Assembly: GCA_028824415.1 (NCBI GenBank)
Contig: JAPPDX010000106.1
Span: forward strand, 52,357-116,356
Length of the DNA: 64,000 bases
Direction: 5' to 3'
Origin: a bacterium
GTDB taxonomy: Bacteria > Actinomycetota > Acidimicrobiia > Acidimicrobiales > CATQHL01
Positions 1-9,897 of this stretch are shown here, in pieces; within the stretch, counting starts at the first letter, position 1, and each line of letters starts with the position of its first letter. A program made the translations under genes and the position numbers. Below the pieces are notes generated by a model. The model had not been told where the DNA came from. It was given only the letters and a program-made list of their open reading frames with translations, and made no database searches.

Positions 1-65
1 GCCCCCCTCGGCATCCACCGACCGCGCTCCCGATGCTCGGCGACCGAGCCGGTACGCTCGCAGGC

Positions 66-533
66 GTGAAGGTCTCGACCCGGGCCGACTACGCCAGCCG
101 TGCGCTGCTCTCGCTCACCCTGCACGAGGCCGGCACACCCCAGTCGGCTCGGGACATCGCCGACCGGACCGGCCTCCCCCAGCCCTATCTCGAGCAGATC
201 CTGCTGGCACTGAAAGGAGCCGGCCTCGTGCTCTCCAAGCGGGGCGTGGGCGGCGGTTACCGGCTGGCACGGGCTCCCGGGGACATATACCTCAGCGAGA
301 TCGTGAGCGCCGTGGAGGCCCCCATCGTGTCCGACGACTTCGGTGAGCCGCACAAGGACGGGGCCTGCGACCACGAGGGCCAATGTGTGCTGCTCGCAGT
401 CTGGGCCGCGGTGGGAGCCGAGATGCGGCGCCTGCTGTCGTCGTTCAGCCTCGCCGACATCGCCGACATGGCCGGCGGCACCGTGCCCTGGCCTGAGGAG
501 GTCCCCACCGAGGGGACTGAGCCTGTGCCCTAG
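66..533 (+). CDS. Rrf2-family winged-helix transcriptional regulator
   Basis: ORF 33..533. N-terminal 'STRADYASRALLSL...IADRTGLPQPYLEQILLALKGAGLVLSKRGVGGGYRLAR' is the Rrf2 wHTH signature. GTG at 66 (VKVSTRADYA) is the more likely start. Confidence 0.85.
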   Translation: MKVSTRADYASRALLSLTLHEAGTPQSARDIADRTGLPQPYLEQILLALKGAGLVLSKRGVGGGYRLARAPGDIYLSEIVSAVEAPIVSDDFGEPHKDGACDHEGQCVLLAVWAAVGAEMRRLLSSFSLADIADMAGGTVPWPEEVPTEGTEPVP

Positions 534-1477
534 GACAACCCAGCCAGGACGGCGCCGAGGTCGGCGGGCAGGGCTGAATCGAAGAGCATCGCCCGGGCGC
601 TGATGGGGTGGCTGAACCCCAGTTGCGCGGCGTGCAGAGCCGGGCGGCCGAGTTGCAGCGGTGCGGCCGACGCTCCAAGGCCCGGTGGCGGCCGCCCGGA
701 TCCGTACACCTCGTCGCCGAGCAGTGGATGGCCGATCGCGGCCAGATGCACCCGGATCTGGTGAGTCCTGCCGGTCTCCAGGCGGCACACCAGGTGGCTC
801 GCAGGCGCCGGCGAGTGATAGCGCCGGCGCACTTCGTAGAAGGTGCGCGCCGGACGCCCGCGCTCGGTCACCGCCATCTGCACCGGTCGCCGGCCTGAGC
901 GGCCGACGGGCGCGTCGATGAGACCCCGGTCGTCGTCGAGCACTCCCCAGCAGATGGCCTCGTACCCGCGACGCACCGTGCGCTCGGCGAGCTGCGCCAC
1001 CAGCGACTCGAACGCTTGAGCAGTACGGGCGGCGACGAGCAGTCCACTGGTGCCGGCATCGAGCCGGTGCACGATCCCCGGCCGGGTTCGCTCCCCGACA
1101 GCCACCATCTCCGGGTAGCGGGCCAGCAAGCCCCCACACAGAGTGCCCTCGATCCTTCCGGCGCCCGGATGGACCACGAGTCCCGCCGGCTTGTCCACGA
1201 CCACGAAGTGAGGATCCTCGTGGATCACCTCCAGTTCGACGTCCGGCTCGGGCCGCGGCTCGCCGGCCCTATGCCGCTCGGCCAGAGCCTCCGCCGCCAC
1301 GACCAGCTCGTCACCGGGCGCCAGCCGCGCCGCACGATCGGTGCGCACTGCGCCGTTGACCCGCACCGCACCGGCTGCGACCAACTCCGCCGCTGTGGCC
1401 CGACTGGTCTGGGTGAGCAGCGACACCGCCCGGTCGAGGCGCTCGCCGGCGAGGGCCTCACCGATGGGCTCGGTCAC
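530..1477 (-). CDS. rluD: RluA/RluD-family 23S rRNA pseudouridine synthase
   Basis: ORF 530..1588. Has an S4-like N-terminus plus 'HRLDAGTSGLLVAART' (catalytic Asp) and 'GRTHQIRVHLA' motifs. GTG at 1477 (VTEPIG) overlaps the lspA stop as GTGA; the ORF upstream of that is a shadow extension. Confidence 0.85.
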   Translation of the reverse strand: MTEPIGEALAGERLDRAVSLLTQTSRATAAELVAAGAVRVNGAVRTDRAARLAPGDELVVAAEALAERHRAGEPRPEPDVELEVIHEDPHFVVVDKPAGLVVHPGAGRIEGTLCGGLLARYPEMVAVGERTRPGIVHRLDAGTSGLLVAARTAQAFESLVAQLAERTVRRGYEAICWGVLDDDRGLIDAPVGRSGRRPVQMAVTERGRPARTFYEVRRRYHSPAPASHLVCRLETGRTHQIRVHLAAIGHPLLGDEVYGSGRPPPGLGASAAPLQLGRPALHAAQLGFSHPISARAMLFDSALPADLGAVLAGLS

Positions 1478-1995
1478 ATTCGTTCCAGCAGCGGATCGCC
1501 TCGTAGACCGGCACGGAAGCCCAGTAGCAGGAAGAGGACCACGCCGACCGAGATGGCCGAATCGGCCACGTTGAACACCGGCCACCACTGCGGATCGACG
1601 AAGTCGATCACGCTGCCCCCGAAGAACCCGTCGCCCCGGAATGCGCGATCACCGAGGTTGCCCAGCGCGCCGCCGAGCACGAGTCCCGACAGCGCCGACA
1701 CGCTCCGGCGAGTCGCCGACCAGGTGAGAACGAGGAGCAGCAGCGACACAACGACTGCGGCCACGGTGATGACGGGTGCGAGTGAGGTCCCCAGCCCGAA
1801 TGCGGTGCCCTGATTGAAGACCAGCCGCAGACGGATCGTCCAGAAGAGGTGGATGCTCCCGTCGTCCAGTTCCCGGAGCGCCCAGAGCTTCGTCAGCTGG
1901 TCGGCCAGCAGGACCGCCGCGGCGATCGAGACCAGCAGCAGGCGGTTGTTCCGCAGACGGCTCGAGCTGCGGCTCTCAGCGCCGTCTGAGGCCAC
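1474..1995 (-). CDS. lspA: lipoprotein signal peptidase II
   Basis: ORF 1474..2085. Motifs 'NQGTAFG', 'GGALGNLGDR' and 'DFVD..WPVFNVAD', with multiple TM helices. Start is uncertain (GTG 1995 up to 2085). Confidence 0.85.
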   Translation of the reverse strand: MASDGAESRSSSRLRNNRLLLVSIAAAVLLADQLTKLWALRELDDGSIHLFWTIRLRLVFNQGTAFGLGTSLAPVITVAAVVVSLLLLVLTWSATRRSVSALSGLVLGGALGNLGDRAFRGDGFFGGSVIDFVDPQWWPVFNVADSAISVGVVLFLLLGFRAGLRGDPLLERM

Positions 1996-2404
1996 CGGCC
2001 TTGTACTCAACCCGCTCGGCCGCCCACGGGATGGCACGGAGACGCTCCTTCTGGATGGGCTTACCGGAGACGACGCAGATGCCATAGGTACCCTCGTCGA
2101 TCCGCGTCAGGGCCTCGTCGATCAACTCCACGGCGGCGCGGGCCGCGGCGCTGAGGGCCAGATCCCGCTCGCGCTCCACCGCCCAGCTGTCGCCCTCACC
2201 GGACTCCTCGTCGAACTGCAGGTCCCCGGGCTCGCGATCGTCGAGCAGGGCCGCCGCCTCCGCTGCCATGGTCTCGGCCGATCGGACGTACCTCTCGCGC
2301 TCCGCCAGCAACTTCTTGCGCTGCTCGGCCAGGAAGGTGTCGTCGAGGCGCCGAGTCGAGGCGCCGTCGTCGCTGCTGTCCGGAGTACTTCCGGCTTGGG
2401 CCAC
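1976..2404 (-). CDS. TraR/DksA-family protein with a Cys-depleted zinc-finger region
   Basis: Coiled-coil N-terminus and C-terminal 'IDEGTYGICVVSGKPIQKERLRAIPWAAERVEY', matching the DksA C4 finger layout but keeping only one Cys. Sits in the conserved position upstream of lspA. Confidence 0.7.
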   Translation of the reverse strand: MAQAGSTPDSSDDGASTRRLDDTFLAEQRKKLLAERERYVRSAETMAAEAAALLDDREPGDLQFDEESGEGDSWAVERERDLALSAAARAAVELIDEALTRIDEGTYGICVVSGKPIQKERLRAIPWAAERVEYKAGGLRRR

Positions 2405-2588
2405 TTGACCCTCCCGAGTCGATCCTGCGAGCCGCCGCGTCGCCCCGGCGACCCGACGATGGGCGGGCCAACTCTAGCCGCCGGGCCCCGCCGCCCCCCA
2501 GATGACCCCGGCCTCGCGCGACGGCCGGCGCGCCCCCGAGGCGCCTCCGAATGCCGGGTCGCGTACTTCGGCGGTATTTTCTTCGGCC

Positions 2589-5500
2589 ATGAATCCCGAG
2601 CCGGCCCGATACCCGGACGTGGACGCCCAGCCCGACTTCGCGGCCATCGAGTCCGAGGTCCTGCGGCGCTGGGAATCCGAAGGCACCTTCAAGGCCTCCG
2701 TCGAGAACCGTCCCGCCGGCACCGGTGGCTCCAACGAGTACGTCTTCTACGACGGACCTCCCTTCGCCAACGGGCTGCCTCACACCGGCAACCTGCTCAC
2801 CGGCTACGTGAAGGACGTGATCCCGCGCTACCGCACGATGCGCGGCCAGCGGGTCGAGCGGCGCTTCGGCTGGGACTGCCACGGCCTGCCACCGGAGATG
2901 GAGGCCGAGAAGGAGTTAGGGGTCTCCGGCCGGCGTGCCATCACCGACTACGGAATCGAGCGGTTCAACGCGCACTGCCGCAGTTCGGTCATGCGCTACA
3001 CCGACGAGTGGCAGCGCTACGTCAACCGCCAGGCGCGCTGGGTCGATTTCGAGAACGACTACAAGACCATGGACCTCCCCTTCATGGAGAGTGTGCTGTG
3101 GGCCTTCAAGAGGCTCTGGGAGAAGGACCTCGTCTACGAGTCCCACCGGGTATTGCCGTACTCGTGGGGCGCCGAGACGCCGCTGTCCAACTTCGAGATC
3201 CGCATGGACGACGCCACACGACCGCGGACCGACCCCGCCATCACGGTGGCCTTCCGCCTCGTCGCTGGGCCAGGCGATCCGGCTCCGCTCCACCTGTGGG
3301 CCTGGACGACCACACCGTGGACCCTGCCGTCCAACCTGGCCCTGGCGGTCGACCCCGAGACGACCTACGCGGTGCTGGAAGAGGCGACCGAGAACGGTCC
3401 GCGGCGCCACGTCCTCGCCGCCGACGCCGTCGAGCGCTACTCCCGCCGGCTCGCCGACGCCCGGCTGGCCGGCAGCGTGCGCGGACACGAGCTCGTGGGT
3501 CGGCGCTACGAGCCGCTGTTCGACTACTTCGACGAGGTTCCCGGCGCCTTCACCGTGCTCGGCGCTCGATTCGTGGACACCGCCGAGGGCACCGGGATCG
3601 TGCACATGGCGCCTGGCTTCGGCGAGGACGACCAGCTGCTCTGCACCGAGGCCGGCATCGGCGTCGTGGTGCCCGTGGACGACCAGGGACGGTTCACCTC
3701 AGAGGTGGCCGACTGGGCGGGCCAGAACGTGTTCGATGCCAACCCGGGGATCATTGCCGCGCTGAAGGAGCGCGGCCTCATCGTGCGCCACGACAGTCAC
3801 GTGCACAACTACCCCCATTGCTGGCGCACCGACACACCTGTCATCTACCGCGCCGTCAACTCGTGGTACGTGCGCGTGACCGCCATCCGGGACCGGATGG
3901 TGGAACTGAACCGGCAGATCAACTGGATCCCCGCCCACGTGCGCGACGGGCGGTTCGGCAACTGGCTGGAGGGCGCCCGCGACTGGTCGATCAGCCGCAA
4001 CCGCTTCTGGGGCTCGCCGGTGCCGGTGTGGCGCTCGGACGACCCGGCCTGGCCGCGGGTCGACGTCTACGGGAGCCTCGATGAGATCGAGCGCGACTTC
4101 GGGGTGCGTCCAGACGATCTGCACCGGCCGTTCGTCGACTCGCTCACGCGGCCGAATCCCGACGATCCGACGGGCCGCTCGGTCATGCGCCGGGTCCCGG
4201 AGGTACTGGACTGCTGGTTCGAGTCGGGCTCGATGCCCTACGCGCAGGTCCACTATCCCTTCGAGAACAAGGAGTGGTTCGAGAGCCACTTCCCTGCCGA
4301 CTTCATCGTGGAGTACGTGAACCAGACGAGAGGCTGGTTCTACACGCTGCACGTCCTGGCCACGGCGCTGTTCGACCGCCCGCCGTTCCGCAACGCCGTG
4401 TGCCACGGAGTGGTGCTGGCCGCCGACGGGGCGAAGCTCTCGAAACGGCTGCGGAACTACACCGACCCCGAGGTCATCTTCACCCGGCAGGGGGCGGACG
4501 CCCTGCGCTGGTATCTGATGTCCTCCCCGGTGCTGCGCGGCGGCGATCTGCGGATGAGCGACGAGGGAATCGACGCCGTCGTGCGGGGGATTCTGCGCCC
4601 GCTGTGGAATGCCTACGTGTTCTTCTGCATGTACGCCAACGCGGACCGCTCCGAGGGCACCTGGAACGTCGGCTCCGGAGATGTGCTGGACCGCTACGTT
4701 CTGGCCAAGACCCGCAATCTCACCGTCGAGGTGGCCGACCGGCTCGACGCATACGACCTGCCGGGAGCCTGCGCGGAGATCGAGTCCTTCCTCGGCACCG
4801 TGAACAACTGGTACATCCGCCGCAGCCGCGACCGATTCTGGGCGCCCGCGGCGGAGTCCGACCCCGCTGACAAGCAAGCCGCCTACGACACGCTGTACAC
4901 GGTCCTGGTGACGCTCGTGCAGGTGGCGGCGCCCCTCCTCCCGCTCATCTGCGAGTCGATCCACCGTGGCCTCGGCGGAGGATCCAGCGTGCACCTCCGC
5001 GACTGGCCCGAGGCGGCCTCCCTGCCGGCCGATGACGACCTGGTGGATGTCATGGACCGGGCAAGAGAGGTCTGCTCGGCCGCTCTGGGAGTACGGGTCG
5101 CCCGCGGCCTGCCGGCACGCCAGCCGCTGCGGTCGGCCCGGGTGGCCGGCCGAGACGCCACGACCCTGGCACCGTTCACCGAACTCATCGCCGCAGAGAT
5201 CAACGTGAAGTCGCTCGAGTTGACAGAGGAACTCGACGACGACACGCGCTTCGTGTTGCGCCCCCGGGGCGAGGTCCTGGGGCCGCTGCTGGGCCCGGCC
5301 ACCCAGGCCGTCATGGCCGCGGCCCGCTCCGGCGAGTGGACCCGCGAGACCGATGGCACCGTCACCGTGGCCGGTCGGACGCTCAGCGAGGGCCAGTATG
5401 AGCTGGTGCTGGAGACCGCGGAGGACCATCCCAGCGCGGCGCTGCGAACGGCCGACATCGTCGTGACCCTCGACGTTGCGCTGGACGAGGAGTTGCGCGC

Positions 5501-5771
5501 CGAGGGTGCGGCGCGCCACCTGGTGCGGATTCTGCAGCAGGGGCGTCGCGATCGCGGGCTGCACGTCTCTGACCGCATCGAGTTGGCGCTCGACCTGCCT
5601 GCTGGCCTGGCCTCGGCGCTCGCGCCGCACGCTCAGTACGTGGCCGACCAGGTTCTCGCCACCGAGGTGCAGTGGCTGGATCTCGGCGACGGCGACGACG
5701 TGGCGACCGCCAACATCGACGGGCAGGAGATCCGTTTCGCCATCGCTCGCAGCGAGGCGGGCACCACCTAG
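2589..5771 (+). CDS. ileS: isoleucine--tRNA ligase (type 2)
   Basis: ORF 2502..5771. Class-I motifs 'PPFANGLPHTGN' and 'KLSKRL', a CP1 editing region, and a long C-terminal extension typical of actinobacterial IleRS2. ATG 2589 (MNPEPARYPDV) is preferred. Confidence 0.95.
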   Translation: MNPEPARYPDVDAQPDFAAIESEVLRRWESEGTFKASVENRPAGTGGSNEYVFYDGPPFANGLPHTGNLLTGYVKDVIPRYRTMRGQRVERRFGWDCHGLPPEMEAEKELGVSGRRAITDYGIERFNAHCRSSVMRYTDEWQRYVNRQARWVDFENDYKTMDLPFMESVLWAFKRLWEKDLVYESHRVLPYSWGAETPLSNFEIRMDDATRPRTDPAITVAFRLVAGPGDPAPLHLWAWTTTPWTLPSNLALAVDPETTYAVLEEATENGPRRHVLAADAVERYSRRLADARLAGSVRGHELVGRRYEPLFDYFDEVPGAFTVLGARFVDTAEGTGIVHMAPGFGEDDQLLCTEAGIGVVVPVDDQGRFTSEVADWAGQNVFDANPGIIAALKERGLIVRHDSHVHNYPHCWRTDTPVIYRAVNSWYVRVTAIRDRMVELNRQINWIPAHVRDGRFGNWLEGARDWSISRNRFWGSPVPVWRSDDPAWPRVDVYGSLDEIERDFGVRPDDLHRPFVDSLTRPNPDDPTGRSVMRRVPEVLDCWFESGSMPYAQVHYPFENKEWFESHFPADFIVEYVNQTRGWFYTLHVLATALFDRPPFRNAVCHGVVLAADGAKLSKRLRNYTDPEVIFTRQGADALRWYLMSSPVLRGGDLRMSDEGIDAVVRGILRPLWNAYVFFCMYANADRSEGTWNVGSGDVLDRYVLAKTRNLTVEVADRLDAYDLPGACAEIESFLGTVNNWYIRRSRDRFWAPAAESDPADKQAAYDTLYTVLVTLVQVAAPLLPLICESIHRGLGGGSSVHLRDWPEAASLPADDDLVDVMDRAREVCSAALGVRVARGLPARQPLRSARVAGRDATTLAPFTELIAAEINVKSLELTEELDDDTRFVLRPRGEVLGPLLGPATQAVMAAARSGEWTRETDGTVTVAGRTLSEGQYELVLETAEDHPSAALRTADIVVTLDVALDEELRAEGAARHLVRILQQGRRDRGLHVSDRIELALDLPAGLASALAPHAQYVADQVLATEVQWLDLGDGDDVATANIDGQEIRFAIARSEAGTT

Positions 5772-6313
5772 CCGGCGGACTCCCCGCTCTCGGCCGCCGC
5801 CCGTTCGAGGCGGGCCAGAAAGCTGTCCGTCCCCGCGGACTCGTCGCCTGCCGGCTCACCGGCCGCGTCGGAGTCTGAGCCGGCCTCCGGGACCTCCTCA
5901 GAGTCTGCGCCGGCCTCCGGGACCTCCTCGGCCCGAGCACCGTCGCCGGAGTCCGCGGCCTGTTCACCGGCGGCATCGATCAACGCCAGGGCCTCTACCA
6001 GGCCGCGGCGCCGTTCCGCCAGCATCAGCCTCAGATCCGCAATCGCCTGTGCCAATTCGTCGCGGCGACTCTGCAGCCCTTCGATCTCCTCGAGCGTGTC
6101 CTCGCGGACCTGGTCGATTGCCAGGCGCGCCCGCTCTGCGGCCAGCGCCGCGAGGGGCTCGCTGCGCTCGGCGATGAGTTCCTCGAGGGCGTCGGCCGCC
6201 TCGCTGAGGAATGCATCCACCTCGGCGGCGTCGTAACCCCGGAAGCGCTCGGTGAAACGGATGTCGCGCAAGGCTGCGGGTGAGAGTTCCACGGATTCAA
6301 CCGTAGTGCTCAC
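5768..6313 (-). CDS. divIVA: DivIVA-domain cell-division/polar-growth protein
   Basis: N-terminal 'LSPAALRDIRFTERFRGYDAAEVDAFL' DivIVA signature, a coiled coil and an acidic repeat tail. It is the last gene of the dcw-ylm block. Confidence 0.85.
   Translation of the reverse strand: MSTTVESVELSPAALRDIRFTERFRGYDAAEVDAFLSEAADALEELIAERSEPLAALAAERARLAIDQVREDTLEEIEGLQSRRDELAQAIADLRLMLAERRRGLVEALALIDAAGEQAADSGDGARAEEVPEAGADSEEVPEAGSDSDAAGEPAGDESAGTDSFLARLERAAAESGESAG
5871..5930. repeat. 2 x 30-bp tandem direct repeat inside divIVA
   Basis: gagtctgagccggcctccgggacctcctca / gagtctgcgccggcctccgggacctcctcg (28/30 identical). Encodes the duplicated EEVPEAG(A/S)DS. Confidence 0.9.
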
Positions 6314-6349
6314 CGGCGCAACGAGCCGGAATCCCCACCGCCGCGAGGC

Positions 6350-6601
6350 TCAGCAGATTCTTGCTCGCACGTAGAACAACACCACCATCACGATCGTCGG
6401 TGCGAAGTCGAGTGCCACAGCCCCCACGCGCAGTGGTCGCAGCAGCCGTCGCAGCGGGCGCAGGAGCGGGTCCGTGACCATCATGAGACCCCCGGCCACG
6501 GTTGCGGCCACGCCATCGGGCCTGATCGGGAACCAACTCAGGAGGGCGCGAGCCAGGAACGCCAGCGCGTAGAGCAGGATGAGCCAGCAGAGGACGGCCA
6601 C
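6350..6601 (-). CDS. YggT-family membrane protein (YlmG)
   Basis: 83-aa two-TM protein with 'LLSWFPIRP...TDPLLRPLRR', typical of YggT. Position between sepF and divIVA is conserved. Confidence 0.8.
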   Translation of the reverse strand: MAVLCWLILLYALAFLARALLSWFPIRPDGVAATVAGGLMMVTDPLLRPLRRLLRPLRVGAVALDFAPTIVMVVLFYVRARIC

Positions 6602-6619
6602 GGCAGCGCTGCCGGGGGT

Positions 6620-7147
6620 TCAGGAATCGGCGGGAAGATTCCGTTCCTCGAGGGCCACCCGCACGTCGCTCGGCGTGAGCAGGTAGACGCCGGGGGTCAC
6701 CCGCTCCACCTGACCGTCGAGGGCGTAGCACAGCCCCGCGGCGAAATCGACCAGCCTCCGTCGCAGATCGCTGCTGGCGTCCTGCAGGTTCACGATCACC
6801 GGCTGGCGCTGTTTGAAGTGGTCGCCGACCTCCTGAGCCTCGTCGAAGACCGCGGGCGAGACGACGATCGGACGTACGGCGTTCGTCGCTGAGCGCGGAC
6901 GTGCGACAGCCGGCCGGACTACCGGTTCGGCAGTGACCGGTTCACCGGCGGGCCTCACAGCGGCCAGTCCCGCGGGCTCTGCGACCGGCATCGGTTCGAC
7001 GGCCAGCGGCGGGCGATCCGGGGGCGCGGACCCGTAGATATCGCCGGGAGAGGGTGCCCGTTGGGACGGGCCGAGATGGCCGGCGTACGGCTCTCCCTCG
7101 TCAGGCCCCAGGCCCAACCAGTTCACGAAGGATTTGAAGGCCGACAT
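6620..7147 (-). CDS. sepF: cell division protein SepF
   Basis: ORF 6620..7189. 'MSAFKSFVNWLGL' N-terminal amphipathic helix, Pro-rich linker and C-terminal SepF domain 'VVSPAVFDEAQEVGDHFKQRQPVIVNL'. GGAGGA lies upstream of ATG 7147. Confidence 0.9.
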   Translation of the reverse strand: MSAFKSFVNWLGLGPDEGEPYAGHLGPSQRAPSPGDIYGSAPPDRPPLAVEPMPVAEPAGLAAVRPAGEPVTAEPVVRPAVARPRSATNAVRPIVVSPAVFDEAQEVGDHFKQRQPVIVNLQDASSDLRRRLVDFAAGLCYALDGQVERVTPGVYLLTPSDVRVALEERNLPADS

Positions 7148-7336
7148 GGGCTTTCCTCCAGGGATGTGCGAGTTGTGCGGGTAATCCACCCCGCGCCGAG
7201 CCTCGACCGGCGGCGGTTCTGCAAGTTGTCCACAGCTACCGGTGCCGGCGCGCCGTTCGTGCGCGGCGTCGTTGTGGGCATATGCATCGCACCTCGTTGT
7301 TCAGCCGAGTCTAGTCCGCTCGGGACCGCGGCGTCC

Positions 7337-8008
7337 TTACCCCGGAAGCGCCCCGGGATCGCCGAGCAGGACGCGCCCGAGCCGTAGAAGATTCGCTCCC
7401 TCCTCCACCGCCACGGTGAAGTCGCTGCTGGTCCCCATGCTTCGCACCGGGAGTTCGAGTTCGTCGGCGAGAGCGCGAAGCTGGCGGAACTGCCGGCGAA
7501 CCTCTCCCGGTGGCCCGGGCAGCGCCATCGACATGAGCCCGATCGGGCGCAGTCCCCGACCCTTGGCCTCATCGACCAGCCGACGGGCCGTCGCAAGGTC
7601 GCACCCTCCCCTCCCTGCTACGGCCTGGTCGGCAATCTGCACCAGGACCTCTGCACCCGGACTGTGGCGCGCGATCTCGCTCAGCAGGCGCGTGCGGTCG
7701 ACGCTCTGCCACAGCGTGACGTGAGGCGCCAAGCGCCGGACCTTGTTCGCCTGGAGGTTGCCGATGAAGTGCCAGCGCGCCTCCTCCAGGCTCGAGGCCT
7801 TGCCCAGCAGTTCCTGCGCGTAGTTCTCACCCAGTTCGGTGAGCCCTGCGGCCACCGCCGCAGCCGCGGCCAGTTGATCACGTCCCTTCGTGACCGCCAC
7901 GATCCGCACGGTGTCCGGATCGCCGCCCGCGTCCGCGACCTTCCGACGGATCAGCGCCAGACGCGCCTCGACCTCCGCGGTGCGCCGTTTCAGCTCGCGC
8001 TGATCCAT
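7337..8008 (-). CDS. yggS: YggS-family pyridoxal-phosphate homeostasis protein (YlmE)
   Basis: 'VRIVAVTKG' (PLP Lys), 'GENYAQEL' and 'WHFIGNLQANK' motifs. Confidence 0.9.
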   Translation of the reverse strand: MDQRELKRRTAEVEARLALIRRKVADAGGDPDTVRIVAVTKGRDQLAAAAAVAAGLTELGENYAQELLGKASSLEEARWHFIGNLQANKVRRLAPHVTLWQSVDRTRLLSEIARHSPGAEVLVQIADQAVAGRGGCDLATARRLVDEAKGRGLRPIGLMSMALPGPPGEVRRQFRQLRALADELELPVRSMGTSSDFTVAVEEGANLLRLGRVLLGDPGALPG

Positions 8009-8661
8009 GTCGCCATGACGTGACGACCGGTCTCACCACGGGCTCGATGGGAGTACCAGGACTCCGCCTCGCACGCCGTGCACCGGTTCGCCTCGATGAT
8101 CTGCCCGATGCCGTCGCGTCGCAGGGCGGCGCGTGCGGCGGCCGGGATGTCGAACGCCGGCGTGTCCCAAGCCGTCTGCGAGACGACGTCCGGTCCGAGG
8201 CTTCGGGCCAGGTCTTCCAGCGCTCCAGACCCGAACTCGTAGCACCCGGGGTGAATACACGGACCAAGGTAAGCGCGAAGCTCGCGACCGCCGAGCCGCC
8301 GGACCGCTGCTGCCGCCGCCTCGACCACGCCGGCCGCCAGTCCTCGCCACCCGGCGTGCACTGCCGCCACGACGCCCTCTGCTGCCACGAGGGCGACCGG
8401 GGCGCAGTCGGCGGTCCTGACGGTCAGCACGGCGCCGCTGGCCGTTGTGGCCGCGGCATCCGCCGCCGCCCCATCGGCCTCGCCGGGCGCCGTCACGATT
8501 ACGACGCCTGCTCCGTGCTGCTGGTGCAGCTGTGTCCAGCGACCCTCTGCCACCGAGGCCCGCCGCTCGGGTGATGCGTCCTCGAAGTTGCCCTCGCGCC
8601 GCTCGGTGAACCGGATCTCGGCGCGACGGCCGTCGTTCAACTCCAGGCTCAGGGCCAGCAC
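7990..8661 (-). CDS. pgeF: peptidoglycan editing factor PgeF / YfiH laccase-domain protein
   Basis: ORF 7990..8739. 'TADCAPVAL', 'HAGWRG' and 'LGPCIHPGCYEF' motifs. GTG 8661, 14 nt after the ftsZ stop, is preferred over the overlapping 8739 start. Confidence 0.85.
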   Translation of the reverse strand: MLALSLELNDGRRAEIRFTERREGNFEDASPERRASVAEGRWTQLHQQHGAGVVIVTAPGEADGAAADAAATTASGAVLTVRTADCAPVALVAAEGVVAAVHAGWRGLAAGVVEAAAAAVRRLGGRELRAYLGPCIHPGCYEFGSGALEDLARSLGPDVVSQTAWDTPAFDIPAAARAALRRDGIGQIIEANRCTACEAESWYSHRARGETGRHVMATWISAS

Positions 8662-8674
8662 AGGTGGTGGTGTC

Positions 8675-9760
8675 TCACCGGAGGAACGACGGGATGTCCA
8701 ACTCCAGGTCGTCGGTGGGCTCATCGTCGTCGACCTCATCGGCCTCCGCGAACGGATCCGGCAGGCTGCGCCGCGCCGAGGCCGCCCCCTCGTCCCGCCG
8801 GGCGCCCGACTCCTCCCAGCGATCGAAGCCGGCTGCGATCACCGTCACCCGCATCGCCTCACCGAGTGACTCATCGATGACCGTGCCGAAGATGATGTTT
8901 GCGTCCTCGTGAGACACACCGCCAATGACCTCGGCCGCCTGGGTCACCTCGAGCAGGCCCATCTCGGCATTGCCGGCGATCGTGAGCAGCAGACCTCGGG
9001 CACCCTCGATCGAGGACTCCAGCAAGGGGCTCGCGATGGCCTTGCGGGCCGCGCTCGCGGCGCGATCCTCCCCCGAGGAGGCGCCGACGCCCATGAGCGC
9101 CGAACCGGCATCGGACAGAACCGCACGCACGTCGGCGAAGTCGGTGTTGATGAGTCCGGGCGTTGTGATGAGATCGGTGATCCCCTGTACGCCCTGCAGC
9201 AACACGTCGTCGGCCATCTGGAAGGCATTCAACAGGCTGGTGTTCTCCGACACCTCGTTGAGCAGACGATCGTTGGGGATCACGATCTGCGTATCGACCT
9301 TCTCCTTGAGCCGTTGGATGCCCTGTTCGGCCTGCACCGCGCGCTTGCGGCCCTCGAAGCGGAACGGCCGCGTCACGACTGCGATGGTCAGTGCTCCCAA
9401 CTCGCGTGCGATCTCGGCGATCACAGGGGCGCCCCCGGTTCCGGTACCACCGCCCTCGCCAGCGGTGATGAAGACCATGTCCGCCCCGTCGAGTGCCTCC
9501 CGTAGTTGTTCGGCGGCCGCGTTCGCCGCCGATTCTCCGACATCGGGATCGCTGCCGGCTCCAAGGCCGCGAGTCAGATCCCGGCCGATGTCGATCTTGA
9601 TGTCCGCATCGCTCATCAGCAGTGTCTGCGCATCAGTGTTCACGGCCACGAACTCGACGCCGCGCAATCCCGATTCGATCATCCGGTTAACGGCGTTGAC
9701 GCCACCGCCGCCGACGCCGACGACCTTGATGACGGCCAAGTATTGATGTGGGGCGCTCAC
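8675..9760 (-). CDS. ftsZ: cell division protein FtsZ
   Basis: '[13 protein letters not shown]' and the tubulin signature '[13 protein letters not shown]'. GTG start is preceded by GGAGGA. Confidence 0.97.
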   Translation of the reverse strand: MSAPHQYLAVIKVVGVGGGGVNAVNRMIESGLRGVEFVAVNTDAQTLLMSDADIKIDIGRDLTRGLGAGSDPDVGESAANAAAEQLREALDGADMVFITAGEGGGTGTGGAPVIAEIARELGALTIAVVTRPFRFEGRKRAVQAEQGIQRLKEKVDTQIVIPNDRLLNEVSENTSLLNAFQMADDVLLQGVQGITDLITTPGLINTDFADVRAVLSDAGSALMGVGASSGEDRAASAARKAIASPLLESSIEGARGLLLTIAGNAEMGLLEVTQAAEVIGGVSHEDANIIFGTVIDESLGEAMRVTVIAAGFDRWEESGARRDEGAASARRSLPDPFAEADEVDDDEPTDDLELDIPSFLR

Positions 9761-9846
9761 AGCATCCTCCCGATTCCCGCGGCACGAGCCGCTTGTGTTT
9801 CTTCGGTGCCACCCGGTCGCCCACAGGCGGCCAAGGCATTCGTCAG

Positions 9847-9897
9847 GACTGATCTAAAGTTCAAGTTGAACTTGATATCAGTCTCTTGTATAAGAGA
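9847..9897. promoter_or_regulatory. AT-rich palindromes in the ftsQ-ftsZ intergenic region
   Basis: 9847..9883 is an imperfect 37-bp palindrome (gactgat-cta-aagttcaa g ttgaactt-gat-atcagtc) whose core 9857..9873 is a perfect 8-1-8. 9882..9897 reads tctctt-gtat-aagaga. This is the lowest-GC stretch seen in the window. Confidence 0.4.

Noticed and set aside
2405-2588. Possible T-box leader upstream of ileS
   Set aside because: Actinobacterial ileS genes often carry a T-box. I could not find the conserved GGTGGNACCGCG-type T-box sequence or a specifier/antiterminator arrangement in these 185 nt. A covariance-model scan would settle it.
1814-5630. Very long ORFs overlapping ileS (1814..4084 +, 3699..5630 -, 2935..3765 +)
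   Set aside because: Their Arg/Pro/Gly/Ala-rich, low-complexity translations are typical of out-of-frame or antisense shadow ORFs in high-GC DNA. The ileS frame carries all the recognisable motifs.
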